A DNA stretch of 64,000 nucleotides from Octopus bimaculoides (GCF_001194135.2 NC_068981.1:158837607-158901606), one strand, 5' to 3'; shown: positions 25,424 through 37,945, counted from the stretch's first letter. Numbers and translations are program-made. Notes: a model not told the origin generated them from the letters alone.

Positions 25424-27047
25424 AGTGTGTGTTTAATTTTGGGGAAACTTTATTATTTCAATAAAGTGTATTTTGTATGTATGCATGTATTAAAGAAAGC
25501 AAAAAATATCAAAAAATGATAAAAGCAAAAGGCCCAAATGAATGTGTAACGTGTAAAAGAATTCAGTACTCAGTATTTTGGCTAGAATGGTTAAAGGTTA
25601 AAAGTGCAATTATTTTTGACAGTGGTTTGGTTGAGGTCTTTGTATTTATGTGTATGATTGTATGTATATGTATTTTTATTTTGTGGGGGATTGTATACAT
25701 ACACAAACGTGTATAGTGGGAGAAAGATGGGGGAGGTAAGATAAAACTTCTTGTGGTGTGTTCGATAGAGAAAATCCCTTTGTAATGGCACCTATTCAGA
25801 TTTTGGACAAGCACAAACACACAGCCACATACACACACACGGCTATGGTAGGAGATATTGGTGTCACACACTGGTGCTAAATCCAGAAACATAGCTAAGA
25901 AACAAAGTTCTTGCCACACAGACAGGACTGTGTCTTACAACAGAGCTTATAGAAAAAATATATATATAATCGGTAAATATATAACCAGCTTCCAAAAAAT
26001 TCTAATTAATAATTATTATTAATTTGCATTTTATGTTTATCTCTTTTAGTGTAACAACATAAATAAAAGTTTCTTTGGGATCTTGTTAAATTTCTTTCCG
26101 CTTTTTGCCAGAATATTTTAAAAACGCGTTCTTTAGATGTAGTTTAAGTTTATAGTTTAACAACACCCAATTTCGGTGTGAAATATTTGCTACTCTTGAT
26201 TTTGATTTCTATCTTAGATATGAATAAGTCATCACTTTGAAACTGTTTTCTATGCTGGGCAAGTCTCAGTGTCTCACCACATGGTGTAGTTTTTGTCATC
26301 TGACACACACACAGGAAGAGAGATAAAAATCAGCTCATTCTTTTTTTTCTACTCTGTAAATTGTCAGGTTTTGGGCATGTTTTTCTTTTTTATGACTGGA
26401 TGTCCTTTCTATAACCAAAAAACTTTACAGCATGGACTTGGTTAATTTTATTAAGGCAGTAACATTACATGGAAGAGATAATAGTTTCAGTGTAGAACAT
26501 GTTAGGTATGAAAGAGAAAATTCACACTGGTTGAATCTGAATTCTGACACAGAGAGACCAGATGAAATTTTGAAAGATAACTTCATCCAGTGCTCTTTCA
26601 TCTCTTCCAGCATGTTGCCTATAGTGCTCTTAATACTGATTTCTGATGATGGCACAAAATTGTTTCTAATCATAATATTAGAAAAGTTTATGACACAAAA
26701 TGTTACAAGAATCTCCTGGTGAAACACTCTACCTACAGGATTTATCACAAAGTAACTTATTGTAGTGGAACGTTTGTGAGTGATTGTTTCCTAACACACT
26801 CTTAACTATAGAATCTTTCAACTCCAAATCTAAAAACTGGCACTGACTAAAGGTCCATTATCATTCTACACCCTCTTTCTCCTTTACATGGGTAATTTAT
26901 ACAAAATCTTTGTGCAATTTTTTTTTATTCACTAATGTTAAATTTCATGCCAGTAAACATTTAAACTGTAAGATATACACTTAGAATATTAATTTCACAG
27001 AAAATATATTTCAAAATATAAAAAGAAGGATCATTCATTCTACTCAC

Positions 27048-27169
27048 CTAATGAATGCTAGTATAACAAGGAAGATGATACTCAGCAGCCAACCAGCACT
27101 GTGGAAAGACTTAGGCATTGCAAGAGCTCCAGTACCAACAATCAGGTTAAAAACGTATATTAGTCCCAA
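27048..27169 (-). CDS. TMEM104: TMEM104 coding exon 2 (LGLIYVFNLIVGTGALAMPKSFHSAGWLLSIIFLVILAFI-S)
   Basis: Acceptor TTTATAAATTTCAG, donor AG|GTGAGT, 122 nt, phase 0 to 2. FNLIVGTGAL.MPK.F..AGW matches the TMEM104/SLC38-like first transmembrane region. Confidence 0.95.
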
Positions 27170-27719
27170 CTGAAATTTATAAATGGACAAAATCAGATGA
27201 TTATAAAGAGTGAAATAAAATTAAATTTAAAAAAAAAAGATATCAACTAAATTATTACTGATTTCGAATGAAATAAGATCTTCAGTTGTTGAGTCTCACA
27301 GGGGCAATGACAAGTGACTGAGACTTCTGGCAATTTACTGTGCTTGAGAAGACATGCCAAGCTAAGTGAAACTGTGTTGACCAGTGCCGGTGACACGTAA
27401 AAGGCATTTGTGCTGGTGACACAAAAAAAAAAAGCACCCATGCTGGTGACACATAAAGGACACCCAATACACTCTGTAGATATATATCATCATCATCATT
27501 AACTTCCATTCACCATACTGACATAGGTTGCATGGTTTGAAAGGAGTTGGCAAGCCAGAGGATTGCACCAGACTCTACCCAGTAAAAGGCAGAGTGTATG
27601 ACGCATGTGTACGAACAGCCATGCTACATGGCAAGTGAAACATGGACCATGACCACAGAGGACATGTGTAAGCTCGCAAGAAATGAAGCCAGTATGCTCC
27701 GATGGATGTGTAATGTCAG

Positions 27720-28636
27720 TGTGCATACACTCAACAGAGTGTAAGTACCTTGAGAGAAAAGTTGGACCTAAGAAGCATCAGTTGTGGTGTGTGAGAAAGA
27801 CAATTGCGCTGGTATGGTCATGTGGCGAGAATGGATGAGGATAGCTGTGCGAAAAAGTGCCACACCCTAGCGGTTGAGGGAACTTGTGGAAGAGGTAGAC
27901 CCAGGTAGACCTGGGATGAGGTGGTGAAGCATTAGGCCTCACCGAGGCAATGACTAGTGACCAAGACCTTTGGAAATATGCTGTGCGTGAGAACACCTGG
28001 CAAGCCAAGTGAGACCATAACCCGTGGCCTTTGCCAGGGGTACAGCAACCCACTTATGTGTACCTTTCCTTCATTGGACACTAAACTCTGCTTGTAAAGA
28101 CCTGTTGAGGCAAGTGAAATCGAAATTGAACCAAATTCGATGACTGGCACCCATGCCAACCTTTCCTTCATTGGACACTAAACTCTGCTTGCGAAGACCT
28201 GTTGGGGCAAGTGAAATCGAAATCGAACCAAATTCAATGACTGGCACCCATGCCAGTGGGGTGCTAACAGCACCGTCCAAGTGTGATCATTACCAGCGTC
28301 GCCTTACTGGCACTTGTGCTGGTGGCACGTGAAAAAAACATTCGAGCGAAGTTGTTGCCAGTGCTGCTGGACTAGCTCCTGTGCAGGTGGCACATAAAAA
28401 ACACCATTTGAGTGTGGCTGTTACTAGTACCGCCTTACTGGCCCTCATGCCAGTGGCACGTAAATGCACCCACTACACTCTCGGAGTGGTTGGCGTTAGG
28501 AAGGGAATCCAGCTGTAGAAACTCTGCCAGATCAGATTGGAGCCTAGTGCAGCCGTCTGGCTTGCCCAGTCCTCAGTCAAATAGTCCAACCCATGTTAGC
28601 ATGGAAAGCAGACGTTAAATGATGATGATGATGATA
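27720..28636 (+). mobile_element. 5'-truncated RTE LINE with 3' UTR repeats and a (GAT)n tail
   Basis: REKLDLRSISCGV..RQLRWYGHVARMDEDSC..; ends GGAAAGCAGACGTTAAATGATGATGATG. Reverse-complement relative of 20070-20900. Confidence 0.9.
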
Positions 28637-29515
28637 TACAGGGTGTCCCAAAAGTCACTGATGGGTTTCAATTTTTAATAACTTCCTTAACTTTACAAAT
28701 AAATGCATGGAATTTTGATAGAAAATAAAGGATATAATGAAAATTAATATGCACAATTCAAATTTTGAAAAACTACTACATCACATATGAAAAATGACAT
28801 CACTTAAATGGCAGCCATTTTCGGCTTCACACGCCCATGCTCTTTCCAAAACTTCCACTATAACATCCTCAAGAATTTCAGACCCCATTTCTCTGATTTC
28901 TATATTGATGTTCCCATTCAGTCACACCAGGGTTTCCAGTTTGTTGATGTAAACCCTCTCTTCCAGGTATCCCTACAAGAAAATATCCGGACTAGTCAGG
29001 TCTAGGGAACATGAAGGCCAGTTGACATTGCCATAGCAGGAGATTATTCTCTCTCCAAAGCACTGCCATAGCAACTGCATTGTTCCTCTTGTGGCATGAG
29101 CAGCTGCCCCACTTTGCTGGAATGATGTGTGAGGTCTACTTTGAATGGCCTTCACATTTCCCAAACTTGACTAGCCCAGATTTTTTTTTTTTTTTTTTTT
29201 TTTTTGTGGGGATACGTAGAAGAGAGGGTTTACATCAACAAACCAGATACCCTGGTGCAACTGATGGAAAACATCAATAGAGAAATCAGAGAAGTGGGGT
29301 CTGAAATTCTTGAGAGTGTTATGGTGCAAGTTTTGGAAAGAGGACGGGCGTGCAAAGCCAAAAATGGCTGCCATCTAAGCGATGTCATTTTTCATATGTG
29401 ATGTAGTGGTGTTGCAAAATTTGAATTGTGCATACTAATTTCCATTATGTCCTTTATATTGTATCAAAATTTCCTGCATTTATTTGCAAAGTTAATAGCT
29501 TCCTTAACTTTACAA

Positions 29516-29517
<2 letters not shown>
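28637..29517. mobile_element. Fold-back Tc1/mariner-derived element (copy 2), inverted relative to copy 1, right terminus rearranged
   Basis: Left arm is nearly identical to the reverse complement of the copy-1 right arm (compare ORFs 28808-29005 and 18833-19030). Confidence 0.9.
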
Positions 29518-29553
<36 letters not shown>

Positions 29554-29640
29554 GATGGGGTTCTTTCAGTTTCCATCTTCCAAATTCAATCACAAGGATT
29601 TGGTTGGCCCGAGGCTATAGTAGAAGACACTTGCCCAAGG

Positions 29641-29707
<67 letters not shown>

Positions 29708-31419
29708 TACATATCTTTATATAATACACACACACATCTTGGAGCACCATCAGTTTAAAAAGTAGAAAACAGCGCCAACAAACCACATACACATTGAAAT
29801 AAAATTACTGAATATGAAAGATAAGCTGGATATATGAGGAGACAGAATTTGTTTCTGCAGCAGACTTCAATGATTGCAGTCAGTGTCACCACATGCACAA
29901 TCATCCTTAAACGGACATTACAACAACATTCAAATATAATAATAAAAATAACATGTACACAAAAATAGCAGCAGCATTAATAGCTTTATTAGCCCAAGAA
30001 CAACAACTGCTCTGTTATACTGAGGATACCCTGCTAAACTCTACTATGGCTGGTATCAGAACCTACCAATGAATAATGGAGAGTGAACATGCCAAGAATA
30101 TCAAACATATTACTATATTTCTACTGAGATGCTCGGTGGTTCTTTCAATTAATTCTAAATAGAACAAAGAATTTAGTAAAATAACTTAGTTATAATTTAA
30201 GCTAGTGTTAGAAACATAAACTATGACTAATGTTTGGTGGAAGATTTTAATTCAGAACTTTTGAAAACAGGATATTTGTAGTACAGAGCCAGAGGCAGTT
30301 TCAGGTGAGTTGGTATCGAAAGGGTTAAACTTCATCATGTAAGATTGCCTGTGCACATAGCCATTAGCCAGGCAGAGGCATATATAGGACAAGAGATTTT
30401 TGGGGTGCACACAGATCTAATTAAAAAGCTGACATGATACTACATAACAACAACAAGTCATTATTTTACATTTCCAATTCGTTTTTTCATCATCCTAGGA
30501 TAGGTCATCATAATTTTTAAAGCTTGATGTGTTTCCTAATAACCAGCCAACTCTAAAATAACGAAATGAGGTCAGCAACATTATTGCCTACAATCTAGTC
30601 TGTTTTAATCTTCAATTACCATTTCTATTGCATTGCTAACTTTTAAACAATAATCTCTCTAACTAAAGAAGAAAAAAAAGGAAAACAAATGAAATTTGTT
30701 GAAATAAGGTTTAGTATATTGAAAATTGATGGTGATGACTTTAGGGTGAATATTAATCGTAACACCTTCTTCATACACCACTACACATATTCTGGTACAT
30801 ATAAAGTTGGCATACTTCTACTTAAATGTTTTGAAACAGGATCTGCCAGACAGAATGAAAAGATCTGCCAAAATGAAAAGAGAAAAGAAAAAGAAAGAAA
30901 ATTTTTAGATTTCATGTTTGTATGGATAACATGACAGGAAGAATCTCATCCTCACTAATGCTTCTTGAGACTCTATTAAAAGCTATGTCAAGTGTTTAAG
31001 CATGATCTGTCAGAATAAATGATACAGTCTGTGGACAGAATCACTAAATTTGAATATTATTCAGTTTCTCCACTTTATGATATTCACAGTTGAACTCAAG
31101 TGCAGTTGCTCAAGCAATTAGTTTTACTGGTAATAGCTTTAATTTCTTTAATTCAAATTTTTCAAACATTTTCACTGGTTAGTCTAATAATTCTTTGTTT
31201 ATTCTGTCAATACTGGGATAACATATCATACTGCCTTCATGCATCAGCAACTTTAACTACATAATATAACACTCAACCTGCAAGAAATAGCAGTTAAATC
31301 GCCCTCAAATCACACCCAGCCAACCTAATAAAGGAAAGATAAATTGGATAGTGTCTGAAAATAAGATGAAATGGTTGCAATAGCAATGCTTCTCACCTAA
31401 AATTTGCTCAGTCACAACT

Positions 31420-31809
31420 TGTTGTTGTTGTTGGCACTCCGTCGCTTAAGACGTCGAGGGTTCCAGTTGATCCGATCAACGGAACAGCCTGCTCATGAAA
31501 TTAATGTGCAAGTGGCTGAGCACTCCACAGATACGTGTACCCATAACGTAGTTATCGGGGATAATCAGCGTGACACAGTGTGACAAGGCTGACCCTTTGA
31601 ATTACAGGCACAACAGAAACAGGAAGTAAGAGTGAGAGAAAGTTGTGGTGGAAGAATACAGCAGGGTTTACCACCATCCCCTGCCGGAGCCTCGTGGAGA
31701 TTTAGGTGTTTACGCTCAATAAACACTCACAATACCCGGTCTGGGAATCGAAACCATGATCCTATGACCGCGAGTCCGCTGCCCTAACTACTGGGCCATT
31801 GCACCTCCA
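31420..31809 (-). mobile_element. Full-length long tRNA-derived SINE with a (CAA)n tail
   Basis: Reverse complement starts TGGAGGTGCAATGGCCCAGTAGTTAGGGCAGCGGACTCGCGG...GGTTTCGATTCCCAGACC and ends CGGAGTGCCAACAACAAC. Confidence 0.9.
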
Positions 31810-32111
31810 CTATCAGTCACAACTGATCTGGGATTAAACAACAACAACAGTAACTGCAGCCGTACCAATACTGTACCAAGTCAGGTGTCATTTCTTTAAG
31901 ACATGTGGCTCACTGTTTCCCTGATTATACTAAAACTTTTCCAATGATAAAGGACTTCCTGTTAAAAATATTGCCTTCATTTCAAATCTTTCAATTGTTA
32001 ACCATAATTTTTTTTTTGTTGGATGTATGTAATGGTATTAGAATTCCAAAACATCAGCCAAACTCAATATTTGAAAGGGAATAAGAACTTCATACCAAAT
32101 ATAAAATACAA

Positions 32112-32715
32112 ATATGCTGTGCGTGAGAAGACCTGGCAAGCCAAGTGAGACCATAATTCGTGGCTTCTGCCAGGGGTGTAGCCAGCCCATTTATTCATAC
32201 CTTACTTCATTGGACACTAAACTCTGCTTGCAAAGACCTGTTGAACCAAATTCGATGACTGGCACCTGTGCCAGTGGAGCGCTAACAGCACCGTCCAAGT
32301 GTGATCATTGCCAGAGCAGTTGTCTGGCTTCCATGCTGGTGGCACGTAAATAGCACCATTTGAGCATGATCGTTACCAGCGTTGCCTTACTGGCAACTGT
32401 GCCAGTGGCACGTGAAAAAACATTTGAGCGAGGTCATTGCTAGTGCCACTGGACCGGCTCCTGTGCAGGTGGCACGTAAAAAACACCATTTGAGCGTAGC
32501 AGTTGCCAGTACCACCTGACTGGCTCTTGTGCCAGTGGCATGTAAAAGCACTCACTACACTCTCGGAGTGGTTGGCGTTAGGAAGGGCATCCAGCTGTAG
32601 AAACTCTGCCAGATCAGATTGGAGCCTGGTGCAGCCATCTGGTTCGCCAGTCCTCAGTCAAATCGTCCAACCCATACCAGCATGGAAAGCAGACGTTAAA
32701 CGATGATGATGATGA
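32112..32715 (+). mobile_element. RTE LINE 3' UTR-only insertion with internal tandem repeats and a (GAT)n tail
   Basis: Same 3' UTR as 28000-28636. Other copies at about 27290-27510 (minus) and 58780-59163. Confidence 0.85.
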
Positions 32716-32844
32716 AGAAGAAGAGAGCACAAATGACTTGAGAGTAAAAACTGGGCTTAAGAGTAAATAAATACCACATGTGAAACAAAAATGATTGCTG
32801 GTACAGACATGATGTGTATGGAAGATGACATTTGGATGACAATG

Positions 32845-32957
32845 CTAAGTGATCCAAGTGGAAGGAACTAAGTGATCCAAGTGGAAGGAACTAAGTGATC
32901 CAAGTGGAAGGAACTAAGTGATCCAAGTGGAAGGAACTAAGTGATCAAAGTGGAAGA
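32845..32957. repeat. 23-bp minisatellite, about 5 copies
   Basis: CTAAGTGATCCAAGTGGAAGGAA in tandem with no spacers. Confidence 0.95.
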
Positions 32958-33137
32958 GAAAGGCTGAAGTAGACACAGGAAGAAAAGTGATCTAGAGAGA
33001 CGTGATGAAAACTAATCGAGAGAGACAGAACTGTAGTATGACTGTACTAGCATTACTAAACACATACATTTTTAACTTCAAGTAGGCTCAAACGACATTA
33101 TAAGTTTACAGCTCCATTTGGTCTGCGATTGGCCAAA

Positions 33138-33305
33138 CAAACAGGCACCCTCTACTAGGTCTAAACAGGCACCCTCTACTACATCCAAATAGGCTCCCTC
33201 TACTACGTCCAAATAGGCTCCCTCTACTACGTCCAAATAGGCTCCCTCTACTACGTTCAAACAGGCTCCCTCTACTACATTCAAACAGGCTCCCTCTACT
33301 ACGTC
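33138..33305. repeat. 24-bp minisatellite, 7 copies
   Basis: CAAAYAGGCWCCCTCTACTACRTY in tandem with no spacers. Confidence 0.95.
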
Positions 33306-33807
33306 CATTTGTCACATATATAATGTGGCTGTGGCCATGTTCCTTTACTTAGTTTCTCTAAGTGGCTTGTAGTTTGGTTCTATCACGTTTGCACTGGCGT
33401 CTCTCATCTGTGTGTGCTAGCAGGATTGACCAAACTCAATGTTGTTATCTCTCATGTTTTCTAGAAACATTTCTATCAAGTCTCTTTCTCCTTACACAAA
33501 GTACACCTCATATCTTCATGCATTCATTTACTGCTAACACACTATAGACATCTCTATAACACAAAACTTCTTTACAGAAATCTTACACAAGGCATTTTAC
33601 ATTGTACATAACCCACTGCTGTGAATAAACTTTGCTATATGATGGGCTTCCACAGTTTCTGTTTACTAAATTCACTCACAAGGCTTTGGTTGACCAAGGT
33701 ACTGCACAGTGGAACTGAACCCAAAACCACACGGTTGCATAGCAAGCTTCATAACCATACAGTCATTTTTCTACCTATTTATTTATCATTATCATTTATC
33801 TATTTAT

Positions 33808-34030
33808 CTAACCCTTTAACACTTAAACCGACCATATCTGGCCCAAATATTCTTCCTGTTTTATATTCAAATTGGCCAGATCCAGCCTCTAACACCTACC
33901 TAATAATGTCATTCTAAAAACATACAATCACGTCATTGAAATCTGCACAAGATAATGCATGAGTAATTCAAAATAATGTAAATAAATAAGCATTAGATTT
34001 AAAAGAATAATCTGAATGCTAGAAGGTTAA
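33808..34030. mobile_element. piggyBac-like MITE
   Basis: (C)TAA-CCCTTTAAC ... AGAAGG-TTAA termini. A related TTAA-CCC type end lies at 30190-30328. Confidence 0.5.
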
Positions 34031-35544
34031 GGCAACAAGCTAGTAAAATCATCAGTACATTAGACAAAATGCTTAGTGGCATCTCTTTCAGCCTTACATA
34101 CTGCTGAGGTCAACTTTGCCTTTCATCTGTTCAGGGTCAATAAAATAAGAACCAGTTATGACTGGGACTGATGTAATCAACTAATCCCCTCCCCTAAAGT
34201 TTCAAGCCTTGAGCCTATAGTAGAAAAAATTATTATTTATTCATTCAGTTGCTTTATGAAGGACATTAATGATGTAATTCAAGTGAAATACCTAGCTATA
34301 ACTGAGATTCAAATATGATTCACAGGTTCATTTAAGCAGGAACTTAGCTCTATTTGGCAGAGCCTACTTCAAAACATTTAAGCATAAATATGGTAACTAT
34401 GCTATGTACCAGAATAGTAAAATTTTGGATAAAGCAGATGGAACAGACTGAGAATATTGGTCTCATGGACATGTAGATGCATGACCAAGACAAAAGGCGA
34501 CAAGATATACAGCATCCCTACTGAACTTGTAACAAAATAAATGCAAAAACAACAATTATTGATGAAGAAACCAATCCATGCCATAGTCCAACCCCACTTA
34601 TGCCAGCATTGAACATGGACATTAAATGATGATTATGAAGAAATAATGATGAAAGTTCAAAGAAGAAACTGTTATGATGCCTTCATTTCAGGATGATTTG
34701 GAAATTTCTCTTCATGGAAGATATATAGACCCCTATGATCAAAGATATTATCCCACTGTTTTTTCTTTTCAGATTATATTATCCAGTGCGGCCTTTTTTG
34801 AGACAGTAGGATATGATGTAAAGGAGATTTGGTTGCCATTTCTAATAGGTCAAGTTAGTTTAAGATGTTGATATTGTTGTTTAGCCCATGGTCAGCTCTG
34901 ATTGAGCAGGCCTATGATCAATGACTTTCCTGTATGCAGGGAACCCAATACCACCCAAGTCAACTTTTTTCTAAGATGATTGAATGTGATTTGAGGTAAT
35001 TTGGTAGTTATTTCTAACTACTTGAATAACCAAGTAGAGGCTCCTTCATTAGCCCAAGAAGCTCCCTAAATGGTAGAAAGTAAGGGAAAATATGGTATGG
35101 TGTAATAAGAGCATGTGTTTGGCTAAAGAAAGAGAATGAGAGAATTTTGTGATACATTTGAGTTGATAAAATGAGAGAAAAAGCAAACTGTTTACATTCT
35201 AAGATAGAACCCCTAATCTTGAAGATCTTCCAGCTTGGCTCTGAACTGAACAACACAAGGTGATCTAAATCTGTTTTGGTCAGCTGAGGGTGACAGAACT
35301 AATCTAATCACCAACAAATTGTTGCAAACCAGACTATGGTGCACTGCTTTAACAACTCTCTGCTACTTAATCCCTGTCATTGAAAAGACCTTACAGATAT
35401 CAACGGACAGGCAAAGAGCTATGTTGAGAGTGGTAAGCTGCTATATGACCATTACTAGGCTAAACGGTTAATGACAAGTGGAACCTATTAACAGGCTGCA
35501 TTGACAGTAGATTTTCAAACCAAAACAGTTGAACCTTTTACCAA

Positions 35545-36727
35545 TACCAGGTCATCCCATAAGTTCTGTCCAAATTTTGAATAAAGAAAACAAGTGATCA
35601 AATGTTATAATTAATTGAAATTTAATCATCAATGTATCTATGACTTCCTTCCATCAATTTACAAGCTTTTTAATCCCATCAATGTAAAACTCTTTTGCTT
35701 TCAAAGGGAAGAACTCTGAAATGTTAGTTTCGACCTCCCCCTGGCTTGCAAAAGTTATGTCCCCCAAATGATTCTGTAAACTACAAAACAAATGGTAGTC
35801 TGGAGGAGCAAGGTCAGGAGAATAAGGTGGATGAGGAATTTTTTTCCCAACCAAGCTCTTCAGCTTCTATGATGTGATCTTTGCAGTGTGGGGTCATNNN
35901 NNNNNNNNNNNNNNNNNNNNNNNNNNNNNNNNNNNNNNNNNNNNNNNNNNNNNNNNNNNNNNNNNNNNNNNNNNNNNNNNNNNNNNNNNNNNNNNNNNNN
36001 NNNNNNNNNNNNNNNNNNNNNNNNNNNNNNNNNNNNNNNNNNNNNNNNNNNNNNNNNNNNNNNNNNNNNNNNNNNNNNNNNNNNNNNNNCAGTCACAAGT
36101 CTATCCAAAAAGTGTGAAATGAGTTCGCGAGAATGGAGAGAAGAGCAGATATGAACTCGGGATTTGCGGTTGCTTTCGGACAATTCATGAGGCACCCATT
36201 TTCCAAGTTTAGGAACCTTTCCAAGATGTTGAAGATGACGATGAACAGTTGTATGGTTTGAACTAAGCTTTATTGCCAATTCTTCAACTGATAATGCAGG
36301 ATTGTCTTCAAGTAATACCTCAAGGAGTTTATCATCAAACTCAACTGGACATCTTGTTCGATCTCCATCTTCAAGGCTGAAATCTCCACTTTTGAATTTT
36401 GCAAACCATCTTCTGCAAGTTCTTTCATTCAAGCATTCTTTCCCATAAACTGAATGTATGTTTCGAGTCGCTTTGGCTGCAGAGTTTCCTTTTTTGTACT
36501 CATAAAACATTATGCGCCTCAAATGCTCTTTAGATACTTCCATGTTAGAAAGGGTTTTAATCAAAGAAATTTTAACTATTATTCTATAAAATAATATTTA
36601 ATTAGTTTAAATGTACATAAATGCATAAAAATAATTTTTAATTCTATTAGACATTCTAAAATACTATTAAATTTCATTCAATTTTAAAAAATGTAAAATC
36701 GGACAGAACTTATGGGATGACCTGATA
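35545..36727 (-). mobile_element. Mariner (DD34D-type) element with TIRs; transposase disrupted and gapped
   Basis: TIR CAGGTCATCCCATAAGTTCTGTCC at both ends, TA flanks; MEVSKEHLR...WFAKFKSGDFSLED...WVPHEL...HPPYSPDLAPPDYHLF. Confidence 0.95.
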
Positions 36728-37513
36728 GATGAAAAGCATTACTTTTGTTGCAATTTTCAAGGACAAGCAAACACTGGTGCATCAGTTACAGGTATATCTA
36801 GCTATGAAGGGGCCATCATCAGCACACAATTTATTTGTTCCAGCTAAGAAACTGGGAGGGAAAATATCTGTCATCACTTGCAGTAATTTCTTCCTAAAAC
36901 CTTTACCCTCTCTTTATGGAGCCCACAAGAGATAAAATTCATCAAAGCAGGGTCTGTGCCAAAGTATTCAGAAAGTTGCACAATGTGTGCTGTCTTCTCC
37001 CGGCCCTACATCGTGCATCCCCCTCCTGCAGCCCTACAATGTGCTCCCCTCTTTAGCTTTACAATGTGTTCCCTCTTCAGTCCTACACTGTACGTCTCCT
37101 TTAACAATTTTTTTAATGTAAATTCATTCCGCCATGACCTTCTTTACACCTGTGAAAAACGTTGTTGAAAAATTATAATTGCGCACAATAAATATTATTA
37201 TTATGTCTATCACCAGGTAAAATATAACAAAATCTTAAATGTTTCACGCCAATTTGTTTGATCATAAAATCACACGACCTTCTCGTCTTCTCCGTCCCAC
37301 CTCAACAACAGCCCTCCATCATCTTTTGTTTTGCGAGTGACTCTCACCCACTCTATTACTGAGATTTCATGAAAGAGTGGGGATGTTATTTTGTTTGGGG
37401 GGGGGTGTAAGAAATTTTGTCCAAATTGCTCAGAATTTGTGCAGTGCCCCAGATTTTCGCACCCTAAGCGAGCTCCCAGTTTACCAAGTGTGTAGCGCCG
37501 ACTCTAGCACAAG

Positions 37514-37698
37514 AGGGTAAATTTTCAGATTAACACCCGCACGATTTTCACTAGAGTGTTAGGGTTAGGGTTTTAGGGTGAGGGTTAAGGTTTTAGGGTT
37601 AGGGACGGAATTCCCTAACCCTAAAACACTAACCGTAACCCTAAAACCCTAACACCCTAGTGAAAATCGTGCGGGTGTTAATCTAAAAATTTACCCCC
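37514..37698. mobile_element. Palindromic MITE enclosing head-to-head telomeric repeats (TTAGGG)n...(CCCTAA)n
   Basis: About 40-bp TIR GGGTAAATTTTCAGATTAACACCCGCACGATTTTCACTAG and its near-exact reverse complement; CAAG(A) on both flanks. Confidence 0.85.
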
Positions 37699-37900
37699 AA
37701 GAGTATAACTATATAAAAAATGAGTACTTAAGAGCTATGTTTGTAAATTGAGAATGGTGTTTATCTTTTAAAGTGAACGTCTAACATTTTAAAAGTATAA
37801 AAATTGTTCATATTGAGTTAACAACAATTTTGTTTGTAAACAGTTACGAAAATAACGAAAAACATGAGAATATTAAACTGATGTAGTGTTAAAAACTTAC

Positions 37901-37945
37901 CATTGTTGGGTACTGAGCCCCACTGCTAGTTAAATCTCCAGCCAT
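37901..37945 (-). CDS. TMEM104: TMEM104 first coding exon (MAGDLTSSGAQYPTM); whole exon including 5' UTR is about 37901-38039
   Basis: ATG at 37945, phase-0 donor ATG|GTAAGT at 37900, acceptor TATTTTACTAG at 38040. Resembles the human TMEM104 N-terminus MAGEITETGELYSSY (from memory) and splices in frame to the 27169 exon. Confidence 0.9.

Larger units (their letters stand above)
32779..33316. mobile_element. Possible solo LTR containing two minisatellites
   Basis: Termini TGTGAAACAAA ... ATTTGTCACA (TG..CA, short inverted ends); no convincing TSD. Confidence 0.35.

Noticed and set aside
26425-26748. Overlapping ORFs of about 100 aa on both strands near TMEM104 exon 2
   Set aside because: No similarity to TMEM104 or any family I recognise. 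Exon 2 already joins exon 3 in the correct phase with continuous homology.
30795-30860. Minus-strand candidate terminal exon DPVSKHLSRSMPTLYVPEYV*
   Set aside because: It would need a phase-1 upstream exon, but TMEM104 exon 1 ends in phase 0 and splices correctly to 27169.
32845-33305. CRISPR-like arrays
   Set aside because: The units are directly tandem with no unique spacers, there are no cas genes and the context is eukaryotic. The VVEGACLD-repeat ORF is a by-product.
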